A stretch of 64,000 nucleotides of DNA, taken from assembly GCA_028534125.1 (NCBI GenBank), contig CM052816.1, positions 56,422,001-56,486,000 of the forward strand, given 5' to 3'. Origin of the DNA: Lama glama (lineage: Eukaryota). Each line of letters begins with the position of its first letter. Position 1 is the first letter of the stretch. Shown here one piece after another: positions 23,730 to 34,985 of the stretch. The notes below the pieces were generated by a model. That model had not been told where the DNA came from. It made no database searches and was given only the letters and a program-made list of their open reading frames with translations. A program made the translations under genes and the position numbers.

Positions 23730-25385
23730 AAGAAAATGAGAATTAAAAAAACAGGCTAGTGAAATAGCATAGAAGACCAAGAAATAAATCAGTACATTTA
23801 TGGAACTTGGTTATTTACGCTAGAAGTGGTACTAAAAAAATCAGTGGGAAAAAGATAATTTAGGAAATTAATGGTGTTGGAATGATATCAAAGTAGAAAA
23901 ATATTTATCTGGATTCCTTCCTTCTACCACACACAAAGTAAACAGAAGAAACAAAATTATAAAACGTTAGAAGAAAATATAGAATTTCTTCACTACTTCA
24001 AGAATGAGAAGTAGCAAAAAGTATATCCTATAAAAGAAAAGATTTATAGATTTGATCATATTAATTTAAAACTTCTGTATGGCAGAAGACAGGAGAGATG
24101 GGGGCCAGAGGTAAGGGGTGGTAAGGGGAATTTATACTGGATGTAATAGGCAAAAGATTAATGTCCAAATTGTATAAAGAAAAACAAATTACACAAAAGA
24201 AAAAAGAAGCTTTCTAAAATATTCAAAGAGCTGAGAAAGGCAATTCAAACAAGAGTAAATCAAAATGGCTAACAAACAAACAGAACCCCCTCTCCACCTT
24301 ACTATGAGAAGCAAAATGCAAAAAAGGCAAGGGGATACAATTTTACACTCAACAAACTGGCAAAATGAAAACCTTTGATTCTATAAAATATTAGCAAAGA
24401 ATGGGAGTTTCCATTAGCTTATTGCGTATAGTTTATTAGTTCATTTCTATAGCCGACTTTCCAGGGCAGTCAGTAGGTTTTAGCAAAAGCTTTGCTGGGT
24501 GTAATATGGGACTCAGTATTTCTATTTCTAGATTCCCTTGTTTGTAGAGGTGAAGAATCAGAAACAACTCCAGTGTCCATCCAATCAACATAGAACAGGA
24601 GAGATTTTCAAAACATTTAGCCATCAAGTCGGGTACAGGCACCGGCCAGCCAGGACAGATGCCGGCGGGACACTGGGGCAGAGTCCTGCCTGGTGGGAGC
24701 TGAGTGTAGAGGGCAGTGTTTTCAGGCGTGGCTGTACTGCTAAGGATGCTTGCGGGTCAGGCCTGGGTACTATGGAGTAAAAGGCTCCGGATTCAGATCC
24801 TCTGGGTTGAATTCTGGCTCTGTTGCTTATCAGCTCTGAAGCCCTGGGCAAATTCTTACTGCTCATTTGCTTTTGCTTCCCATCGTGTACAGCAAGGACG
24901 GTATCAATCCCTTCCTCTTAGATTTATTATGAAGATAGGCTCTTGGAATACATCCTCATATGCTTATTGAGTCAGCACTCAATACACATAGCAGGGAAAT
25001 GAACATGAATAAATAAAACATGCTATGGATTTATATAATAGAGTATCATATCACAGTTAAAATGATTGAACTATATGCATGAAACTAGAGTTCAAAAAAC
25101 ATGTTGGATGAAAAAAAAAACCAGGTGGCAAAAACAACCCCTTATTTATGAATGCATATGAGAGAATAAAATACCAGAAGGATACCTACCAAATGAATCA
25201 TACTGATCATCTCTGGGAGCAAAGGAAATGTGATTGGGGAGGGGTACAAAATTTCAGCTTTCTCAGTAATGGTTTTTTTCTTTTTTAACCTAAAAAAATT
25301 CTGAAGCCCAGTGACAAAAATATCAGCATTTGTTAATTCTGAGTCATGGCTAGACATTAGTAATATTCTCTGAACTCTCTAGATC
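23730..25385 (+). mobile_element. Old L1 (L1ME-type) ORF2 3'/3'UTR remnants, fragmented
   Basis: A-rich 'gaaataaatcagtacatttatggaacttgg...cagtgggaaaaagat...atggtgttgg...ttaaaacttctgtatggcag...aactccagtgtccatccaat' is typical of old L1; interrupted around 24.62-24.99 kb. Confidence 0.7.
24760..24990 (+). mobile_element. MIR SINE between L1ME pieces
   Basis: 'ctctgggttgaattctggctctgttgcttatcagctctgaagccctgggcaaatt...agcactcaatacacatagc'. Confidence 0.7.
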
Positions 25386-25419
25386 TTTCATTAAAAAAAA
25401 AAAAAGACAGAAAAAGGTG

Positions 25420-25640
25420 TGGTGCCAGGTATTAGGAGATAAGAGTTGCTAATACCAGTTTTGCCTCTAATAAGCTGTGTGGCTTTGAAACAATCACTTA
25501 AACCTTTCTAGATCTGTTTCCTCCTCTGGAAAATCAAGTTAAGACAACTTTTACCTCAAGGCAGTGTTTTTGAGAATTAAATGAGGTTTGGAGGAAGTGC
25601 TGTACATGCTAAAACTCAATTCAAATGCTAGTTCAAATAA
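25420..25640 (+). mobile_element. MIR SINE
   Basis: 'agctgtgtggctttgaaacaatcacttaaacctttct...gtttcctcctctggaaaat...ttgagaattaaatgag'. Confidence 0.7.
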
Positions 25641-25764
25641 AATCTGGTTGTTGAATGGATGGCTAATCCCTCAGACTTCTCTAGCTCTAACTGCGTATGG
25701 CTAGTGGAGGTGTTTTGAGGAAGAAGCAGGGTAACGTATGTAGCGTGCTCAGCTCCGAGGCTGG

Positions 25765-26240
25765 ACCTAGCTCGCAGCAGAGACAGCGGGATTCCTGCTC
25801 ACTGTGGCGTTTTCCGCTCTTTCTCACTAGCAGAGCTCTGGTTTTATTCTGGGCGGTGATGTGCCCAGGTAAAGACATACGTTTCCTAGTCTTCTGCAGG
25901 AATTGTTGGTTGGGTTTCTAGAAATCTTCAAGGATGCTGCCTCAGCTGGGGGAGGTCCCCCTTTTGCCCTACCTTTTCTTTCTTAGAAAACAGAGAGGAT
26001 GGCTGGCATTCCAGCAGCCGTCCTGCATCACGAGGTGACCTTGAAGATTAAAGCCGTGTGCTACATCTGTTGGAAAAGAAAGATTAAAAAGTGTCTGGGT
26101 CCCTGATGACTGTGGAACTTCCATTACAGTCTTGGGCTGCCCACTTCAGATGCTTCTTTTATGTGGGGGAAAATAGACTTGTCTATGGCTATGTCACTTA
26201 TTTAGGCTGCTATTATATGCAGCTGACCTTACTCCTGGTG
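25765..26240 (+). mobile_element. Old MaLR LTR (MLT1J-like)
   Basis: 'gatggctggcattccagcagccgtcctgcatcacgaggtgacc...tctgggtccctgatgac...cttcagatgcttcttttatgtgggggaaaatagac...atgcagctga'. Confidence 0.65.
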
Positions 26241-27029
26241 CAGCTTTGTTCTGAAGATGCTTGTTCTCCTCTAGCGTGTGTTGAACAGATCAACTGGTAA
26301 AGAGGAAAGCAGTGGTATGACCCCTGTCCCTCTGCCGGCCATGGAAAGAGAGGAAGTACTCAGTTGCTCTCGCCTTCCTCACTCACCTGTGTGCATGAAG
26401 GCTCTCAAGGGTGTCCTACAGAGAAGATGCGTTTCAGGGAAGGCTTTGCTGTGTACCCAGCCCTGTGTACTTAATTATGTACCGTATCTCCCACGAGGGA
26501 GTTCACCTCGCCCGGTTGGGGAGCCTTTCCCCTAGTAGTCTGAGATGGCCAGCACTTTATTTGTTGCCTCTGGTCATACTTGAAGGTAGAACAACAGATA
26601 GGGACAAAATGGCTCTCCCTAGAATTAGAGAGTAGACAGACCACGACTACAGGTTCAGTTTTGCCACATCTTGCGATTAATGTGATTCAAAGCTTTCTGT
26701 GGCCTGATTCTAAAAATTGCAATGTGCACCCTGTAGGGAAAATATTATACCAGCTATAAATGAATACTAATCAATACTAACCAGGAAGCCAGACCTCAGC
26801 CACACTCTGGCATATGGAGAGGCAGGTTATCATTTTTTAATGTAGCAGGAGAAAGAAAGAGACACAAGATGTTCCCCTTAAGCTTTAGTCATAAAGAGGA
26901 CATAAAAAGGATTTCTCAGTCCTTCATAGCTATGTGTAATATGCAAAGACCCAGATGAGAAATTCTCTGGAACTTAATGTGACAGCTCCAGCAACTTCAC
27001 CCAGGATACAAATATTGGTAAGGAAGTAG

Positions 27030-27150
27030 GTTAAAAAAGTCATAAAAAGAAGGAAACAGAGAGAGAGATGGGCAGATGGAGAGAGAGAGAAAGTGAGAGA
27101 AACAAGAAGAAATGAAGGAAGGGAGGAAGGGAGAAAGCAAGCAGGCAAAG
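27030..27150. repeat. GA-rich low-complexity tract
   Basis: gagagagatgggcagatggagagagagagaaagtgagagaaacaagaagaaatgaaggaagggaggaagggag. Confidence 0.8.
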
Positions 27151-27399
27151 TTCAGGAACCCTCTGATGACACTTTCTCCACCTCCTTGAGTCAGATGGGA
27201 GCCCTTTGTTGGCATAGGGTTAATGGTCCAGCGACGCTCAAGGGGTGATTTACTTGAATTCGGGAAAGAGCCCGGGAGAGGTGAGTTTGTTCTCATTAGA
27301 GCAGTGGGACCCTCATCCTATCTTCCATGTGTCTGTGCACAGCCAGGGAACTCCACGTCCTCTCCTAAGGATGTCACAGGACCTGCGGTGACTTCAGGA

Positions 27400-27600
27400 G
27401 GTAACCGGAGCCATCTCTGGGTTTTAATCCGGATTCTGCCGCTTACGAGAAGTGAGACATGGGTAAGCCACTTCACTTCTTGTAGCCTGCTCTTCATTCT
27501 GAAACATCGAGATTGCATCCCCTCTTGTGACGAGTCGTTGGGAAGAATGACAGTGTCATTGTGAGCGTAAATGCTTGGTAAAGGGAGCCTCAGTCAATGT
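27400..27600 (+). mobile_element. MIR SINE
   Basis: 'ctctgggttttaatccggattctgccgcttacg...gggtaagccacttcacttct...gtaaatgcttgg...cctcagtcaatgt'. Confidence 0.65.
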
Positions 27601-28258
27601 GACATCTGCCCAGTTCCCTTCTTCTTTCTCACTCCGGTTGGGTATTATTGGGGATGCTCTGGGCTGTCCCCGCTGAGATGATGCCTGAGTTGGGCTGTGG
27701 GCTGAGAATAACAGGCAGAGGCCTAGGAAGGGCAGGGCGGTGGGAGAGGTCCCACCGATGCCGGCAACAGGCAGTGGGAGTGTGTGAAGAACTGAAAAAC
27801 AATCATAAAACTGGCTGAAATGGGATTTGCTTTTCATTATCACCATATGCCCTGATTCTAAACAATGTCATGATAAAATATCTTCCCTGGAAAAGAAAAA
27901 TTTTTAGTGCACGAAATTTTAAACAATAGCTGTGGTTATTATTGAGTTTTAATGCTATGTAGAAGCCTCAAATCCCAATAAACATTCTAGTTAATAAGCA
28001 TATTTTATGTGGAAGCCAGCCCAGAGAATGAGCCTCCCGCCTTTATCGCCAGAGCCCGTGCCTAATGACTTGGAATCTTTTGGGTTTGCATCTTGGGGCT
28101 TGTTTCTCTGGCCCCACTGTATTGCAGATTCCTGCATTTTAAGCCTAGATTTGAAGTAAACAATGATTGCAGAAGATAGAAAAACAGAAATTGAATGATC
28201 TCATTTCTGTCATTCTCTGTGAACATTTTAAGTGTGTATTTGTGTTTAAAATTTGAAA

Positions 28259-28581
28259 AAAAAAAGACACAAGTGAACTTATTTACAAAAAAAGACTCAC
28301 AGACATAGAAAACAAACTTATGGTTACCTAGGAGGAAGGGGGTGGGAAGGGATAAATTGGGATTTCAAGATTTGCAGATACGAACTACTATAGGTGAAAT
28401 AGATAAACAAGTTTCTACTGCAGAGCACAGGGAACTATATTCAATATCAATAACCTATCATAAAAAAGAATATGAAAATGAATATATGTATGTATGTGGA
28501 TGACTGAAACAGTATGCTGTACACCAGAAATGGACACAATGTTGTAAAGTGACCATGCTTCAATAAACAAATGAACAAAAG
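28259..28581 (+). mobile_element. Camelid-type L1 3'UTR insertion with TSD
   Basis: 'gacacaagtgaacttatttacaaaa...agactcacagacatagaaaacaaacttatggttacc...ttcaataaa'; flanked by aaaatttgaaa (28248-28258) and aaaatgcgaaa (28582-28592) at a TT/AAAA site. Confidence 0.9.
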
Positions 28582-30204
28582 AAAATGCGAAAGAGTGAAA
28601 CCCTGTAAACCCATGGGGTATAATATTTTTGTTAAGTGCAGATTTTAGTTCACACAGGAAATATTTTACTGAATGTGAACAATGTCTTTGAAAGGAAACG
28701 AACGCCTCTTTTAAAACTATAAGTATTTGTGTTGAAACTAGAGAACAAATCCAGTAAATAAAACATTATCACATGCAATTGTATCATTTAACAGTTATCG
28801 GACTTATAGTTTTTGCAGACATTTGGATTTCAATAAAATTGACTTGGAAGTGACTGGACAATTCTTTATGTAAAATAGTATTACAGCATTTTGTGAAGAA
28901 AAGATCAAAGTTCAGACTGTAAGGTGGGTCTGAAATGTTTGCATAAATGGTGCTTTTTCCTTTTATAAACATAAAATAAACTTTCTTTTTAACTGGCAAG
29001 ATTATGCATACAAAATATCATAAAGGAAATTTTTCACTGCCTGGGAAATTTTCCTTTCCTTTGCTGGCCACGTTGTTTTTTCTTTATTACATTTCAAGAT
29101 TCTGATGACAGTAATTTTGTTGAAAAGAGGAGGCAATATTAAAAATAGGTGAGATAGGCCAATGGTTGTAGGTCTCTCTTTCCTGAGCACTGAACACCCA
29201 CTGTGGCAGGTGGGGGCCCGAGGCACAGGGCCTCCTAGTCTCTTGAAAAGAAAACTTTCTCTGATTCAGGGCACTGGTTTTTCGCAGTCCTGTGAGCACT
29301 AACCTTAAGGAAAAGAGCAGCAGCATTAGTCAAAGCAAATAGCTTCTCCAGGCATCCAGATATTTCCATCAGTTTCTCTCCCAAATGGCCCAGACTCAGA
29401 CTTCCTTCAGTCTGGGACAGACGATCTAACAGGCACACCTTAAAACCCACCCACTCGGCCAAATGTGCAGAAAGGAGCCTCCACATCGTGACCTTTTCTC
29501 GGTGAAGCTCATCGATTTCTTCCTCTAGTTCTGCACAGAGCTTTTAGCTAATGCCCTTTTGACACTGAATGAAACTTTAATTCTATTCAGAGAGGAAACT
29601 CTGGGTTGGGTTGGACAGCCCTGTGGTACCATCCATGAGACCATCTGGGAGTTAATTCTGCTGCGACCCTTTCGCTGTTTGGAGCTCACGAACGCTGCCC
29701 CCTCCCCCCCCAGCCTCTTTCCCTGGAAAGCTGTTTAGTTATTTCCAGCTGAAGCTGCTCATCGCCTGGAAGGGTCCCTTAGGAGACTTCTCACCAGGCA
29801 ATAACCAGAGCTCTTTCTGCTCCTGTTAGAAATGCTCTCCTTTGCTGGAGACGTGTCTTTGGATGATGAGAGCCTGGATTTGCATACAGTCAGGGCAGTG
29901 TCCTGTGTCCAGGCGGACTGGCCCAGGCCGGTCGGTGCTGTGAGCCATTGGCCGACAGCAGCTAATCTGTCTCTCTGCATGTTATTAACACAGGTGAGCA
30001 CAAATCCACATCAAACCTGGTTCCCTTTGTAAAGACCATATTTACAGCCCATTAGTAGTTAGGGCGAGTGAGAACAAAGCCATTGGTGGCAAGTAGGCAA
30101 TCCATCACAGTAAGTAAATGGGTTTTAGCACAGCACTTATCTGGAGAGGTGCAAAGTGTTCTGTTTTGATGTCCTAACAAAAAAATGAACCAGACCAAGG
30201 AAAG

Positions 30205-30375
30205 CTCCTGGTCACTGTCTCTGCCTCTCTTTTTAATCTGTCTCTGCTTCCAGTCTCTCTCCCCATCCCTGTTTTCTTGCGTGTTCGGTGTCTCTTTGAA
30301 TCTCTTCCTCTGTGTATCCCTGCCTCTCTGCTTTTCTGGCAGATTCCTTTCTCTCTTTACAAAATCCTTCTTCCT
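30205..30375. repeat. CT-rich low-complexity tract
   Basis: ctgtctctgcctctctttttaatctgtctctgcttccagtctctctcccc... Confidence 0.7.
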
Positions 30376-31509
30376 CAATTTAACATTACAACCTCTAATG
30401 ACTCAAGTAAATTCTCCCAGAAATTAAAACAAAACAAAACCCACTGCCCCTACTTTCAGCACGCCATCCTTTATTTTGGGCACCCTGCCAGCTGCAGCCA
30501 GAGAGATAATGCACTTGGCTCTGCAGTTAGATTTTTTTCATCAGGAGTCCAGTATAGTCCTGGTACTGCCTCACATCTCCTCCTCCCCCCGCTCCCCACC
30601 CCTGCTACCTGCTGTGGTTCAGTTTCTGTAGTTCATGGGCAAAATTTCAAGTCATTCAGCGGGTTAGATACTGTCCCACCTGCTCTGAGAACTTGAGCTT
30701 CCCCATAAAACGCTGATCTCTGGGGCTGACAAAAGAAGCAGCCAAAAGTGAATCTTGAGTTCTGAGCACATAATTGCTACCTGTACAGTGGAGCATATCT
30801 GGTCCCAGGAACAGAGATGCTGAGGCCCCAGGGGTACCAGACTCATTTCACACAGCCTCGAGAAGCAGCTGCCTGCGGAGGGCCCGGCAGCTGGTCGACA
30901 CGCAGAGCAGCAGTGCACGCCAGTTAAGGGCGGGAAATGAAGAAGGGAACTATATCCAATCAGAGCCACAGGGGGCCACTGAAGTAGGCAGGATGTAATT
31001 ATCTTTGACACCCCTCTCTGCCTCCCAACTTCAAGGAAGTTTATGAATTCTTCCTTATTAAAAAAAAATACAAAATTGTATATGTCACCATGCCAGCCAA
31101 GGCTGATTTCCAGAAACAGCTATAAAATTTGTCTCAATGGAAGAGAGGACCCCAGGAAGGAGAAACAAACACTGTGAACCACATTTCTGAAGGCCCCGCT
31201 CCAGGCAGACAAAACAAAGCAAGACTCTAGGGTCCTACAAAAAATTCTGGATCATTTTATTTCCCATAAATACATATTTTATGTTACAGCAGTCATGGTA
31301 TACCAGAAGAAGGGTATATATAAATTTTCACCATTCTAGTAAAGCAGCAGGTTTTATGTTGGCTCGGGGGCTTCCCTACTAATAAAGGACTACATGAGGG
31401 GTCCATTAAAAGTGACTCAAATCAGGAAGGTGATGTCTGCATTTTTGATGACATTTCTTAACCCTGAGTTTCTGATTGGACAATTTCTGTACCCATTTTT
31501 CCTTTTAGC

Positions 31510-32020
31510 TTAAAAAAAATCATTCAGTATAGCCTAAATGCAGAAAAGTACATAAAATACAAAGGCACCGTATAACAAGGAATGAACACTAGTCACCACG
31601 ATCTATTTCAAGGAATGGAGCCTCGTCTGTAACCCAAAAGCCCTCCTGTTACTTCTCCCTGACAACCTCTCTTCTCCCAGAGGAGAGCAGTCTGCTCTGG
31701 CTTTTATGGTGACCACAGCTGTCCTTTTCTTTAGGGTTTGACCACCTATATCTCCCTAAACACTTTGGTTTGAGTTTGCCTGCTTTGGAACTTTATGTAA
31801 AGAAAATCATAGAATATATATCATTTTGCGTCTTCGCCTCTTTTACTCTACATTGTTTATAAGCCTCGTTAATGTTAAGCACATCTCTAGTCGGTTGCAG
31901 GATGCCATTGTATGAGTACACCACAGTTTCCCCACTCAGTTTACTTACCCCGCGCTATGAACATTTGTGTTTGTTTCCTGGAGCACAGGTTTCTCTAGGG
32001 TTTCTCTCTAGAAGTGAGTT
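31510..32020 (-). mobile_element. Old L1 (L1ME/MD-type) 3' fragment
   Basis: 'gcagaaaagtacataaaatacaaag...gtttgcctgctttggaactttatgtaaagaaaatcatagaatatatat...ccattgtatgagtacaccacagttt'. Confidence 0.65.
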
Positions 32021-33369
32021 ATGGGTTAATAATTATATTTAACCTTGAAGTCTTAAAGGATCAGGAGGAATTTGTAGGTTACCTGTGAGAGACTTCAGGC
32101 AGAGGGAACAGAGTGAGCAAAAGCACGGAAGTGTGAAACCACATGATGTGTGGAGGAATCACAGTTCCGTATTATTGGAGTGTAGCACTTGGATAACTCT
32201 GAATGGGGTTCACAATAAGAATAGGACGGTAAGTGTTCCAGTGCACATTTATACCAGAGGGTGAGGGACACTTTCCATCACTTTCAGAGTGCTGACCATG
32301 GAGTCCAATTACAGTGGGACCATGCAGTCAGACCCAGTTGTTTTGAGACCAAGATCAATCCTGGGCAGTCTTGTTTGGTAGGGATTATCTAAATTTTAAA
32401 TGTTAAATGGGACTCATCTTGTAATCAGGTCTGATCTACATGGTGCCTAGAATACCATGTTTGAGGACTGTGAGGCTATGGCTATTGTCAGCAAGAAAGC
32501 CTTGATTGACGGTGTGGAGCCCATGTGCCAAAGATTTGCTGACTTCCATCTAAGTGCCTCTCGGTGCGGTGGTTCAGACACCGAGGAGGAGCCCTCCAGA
32601 ATCCAGCTCACGCTGTTGCGCGTGGTGCTGACTTTATTACATGTACAATGTTGCTCTGATCACCAGAGTTGCTGTTATAAACTGCATCAGCCATCTGCGT
32701 GCCTGGGAAAATCAGCTACTGGGGCAAACAAAATTTAAGCTCCCTTGGCTGTCAAATGACAGGAGGAAGAGGTACTGAATGTCAAAGTCTTCTTTAAGGA
32801 ATGATAAAAACACGAGCTTCATGTGCTATCATGAGAGCAACCATATTTACTACGGATGAAAACAAACAACAATTTATATGTTGAGTCTCTCTCTCCTTAA
32901 CCAAAATGATGTCAAGATTCTGTCCCATAAGCTGAAACAGTACAATGTATTTATAGTAGGCTGGTTTGAGTCACTCCTCTGAGAGTGTCAGTTTCCTGGT
33001 ATTAAGAGAAAGCCCTCTGTGTTAGAACAAGGCTTTGCCTCGGGCAGCCTGGGTTATGGGACACGTATATATCAAGTTAAGTGACCAGGAAGAAACAGGT
33101 CTATGTGCTAAGTTAATATTATCAATGGGTTATTTGTGCACCTGTGGAAGAACAAAGGTGAGTTTCCTTTTTAAACTGCCATCCTTTGACTGTTGCCGAG
33201 CAGTGGCAGCCAGACCACATGGACAGATCACAGTCATGTGAAGCAGTACATAGCAAACCTCAAGAACCTTTGACTTAATAAACAGAGACCAGAAACTAGA
33301 CATTTCCAATGCTGTGTGCGCACATCTAAAAGTAGCTTCTGTCTGTCTGTGGTGGGAAAAAAGACCATA

Positions 33370-33930
33370 AGGCATTTAACAGATCTGGAGTTCGTAAATC
33401 CCAGTAGAATCCATTCTTCCTTGTGTGAACTTGAATGGGTTTTTTTGTTATCCTGGAGTCTCAGTTCTCTTATCTATAAAATGAGGAAAATACTTCACAG
33501 CATTGTTCAGTGGGATCTAATCAAGTGAGCTTGTGTATGTGAACGTAGACTTTATTTTTTAATTGAAATATACTATCAGTTTACAAGGTTGTGTCAATTT
33601 CTGGCGTACAGCATAATGTTTCGGTCATACACAGACACACATATATTCATTTTCATATTCTTTTTCATTATAGGCTGCTACAAGATATTGAATATATTTT
33701 GCTGTGCTGTACAGAAGAAACTTGTTGTTTATCACTTTCATGTATAATAGTATCTGCAAATCTCAAACTCTCAATTTATCCCTTCCCACCCCCTTGCCCC
33801 CCTGGTGACCATAAGTTTATTTTCTATGTCTGTGTGAGTCTGTTTCTGTTTTGTAAATAAGTTCATTTGTGTGAAAGCAGTCTTCAAATGGTGCAGCCCT
33901 CTACAAAGATTAGGTATTTTCATTATTATC
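33370..33930 (+). mobile_element. MIR SINE split by a younger L1 insertion
   Basis: MIR core 'ctcagttctcttatctataaaatgagg' before the L1; MIR tail 'gtgaaagcagtcttcaaatggt...tacaaagattaggtatttt' after it. Confidence 0.7.
33553..33869 (-). mobile_element. Camelid-type L1 3'UTR insertion
   Basis: T-tail then 'aattgaaata...gtgtcaatttctggcgtacagcataatg...gtaaataagttcatttgt'; degenerate TSD at 33538-33552 / 33870-33884. Confidence 0.9.
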
Positions 33931-34756
33931 CCTTCATAAAGATGTTGCCAGGTTCAAAAGAGATCATGTGTGAGAAATCGCTTGGAAAAGTACTCGGAAA
34001 AGGCTGAAAAAGCACAGCTGTAAAGTGGTGGTTGAAGGAAGCGTCAGAGCTTTATTTTAGCTTTGGGCGGCTGGAGGAGGGAGAAGTCCATGGCAGAGGG
34101 TGTAAGGGCATTATGGAAATAGAGAGTTTAGAGCGTTTTAAAAACAGGCACATGGTCAAGTCAATAAAAATAGAAGGCGAACCCTGGAATTTTCCAGAAC
34201 AGAGGCATCCATGCCAGTGGAGCTGTGAACAGGAAGGCATGGTTCAGCCACTGAGTCCATGTGGCGTCGTATACTTAACAGGCATTTTTGATGACAAGAC
34301 AGAGAGACTGACTCAGTTTCCAATGAAAACTGGCGAAGCGCTGACAGGTAGACGTAGGCAGGAATCTGCTCCCTGCCTCATGGGAGATGACAAAGAGCCA
34401 AGCCTGGAGGAGAGCGGGATGCACAGCAGGAGCTGGGAGTTATCGAGATCAAAAGCAATTCTAGGAACTGGGTTATCTTGTTGCCCTAGAGCCACAGGGC
34501 GTTTCTAATTTTCTGCTGTGCAGCCCGCTGCACAAGCAGGTGGCTCTCCCTCTCCTCCTCCATCACTCGCTCTCTGTTCGCTGGGAGTCCGGGCTTCTCT
34601 GAGCTCTGGCTGCTCACGGGTTCTCTTGCCCGTGGCTCCTGCTCTAGGTTTCTGCTGAGTGTCTCTCAGCTTCTGTTTCCTTCCCACCTTCCAACTCACC
34701 AACCTCTCTCTCCGACTCTCATTTAGACTCTTTGGGAGAGAGAATCCAAGTGGTTC

Positions 34757-34900
34757 TGTTAGAGCAGGCAGAGAGCTAGATATGAGCTGAGAAAGGGGGA
34801 CACAGGAACTGGGCAGAAAGGAGGGGCACTAGTCAAATGCAGGAAACCCTACATCGTGTAAACAACAGGGGTCCCTGTGAAAGAAAAGCAGGAACCCCTG
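34757..34900 (+). mobile_element. ERV LTR 5' fragment (cetartiodactyl ERV1-like)
   Basis: Begins 'tgttagagcaggcagagagctagatatgagc', which resembles recalled artiodactyl LTR starts; extent beyond the adjacent SINE is unclear. Confidence 0.45.
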
Positions 34901-34985
34901 TATGCTTAGCATGCATGAGGTCCTGTGTTCAATTCCCAGTACCTCTACTTAAAAAATAAATAGAAAGTTAAAAAAATAAAATAAA
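34901..34985 (+). mobile_element. 5'-truncated camelid tRNA-derived SINE (Vic-1-like)
   Basis: 'tatgcttagcatgcatgaggtcctgtgttcaattcccagtacctct' (B-box GTTCAA) plus A-rich tail; same family as the copy at 46110-46209. Confidence 0.85.
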
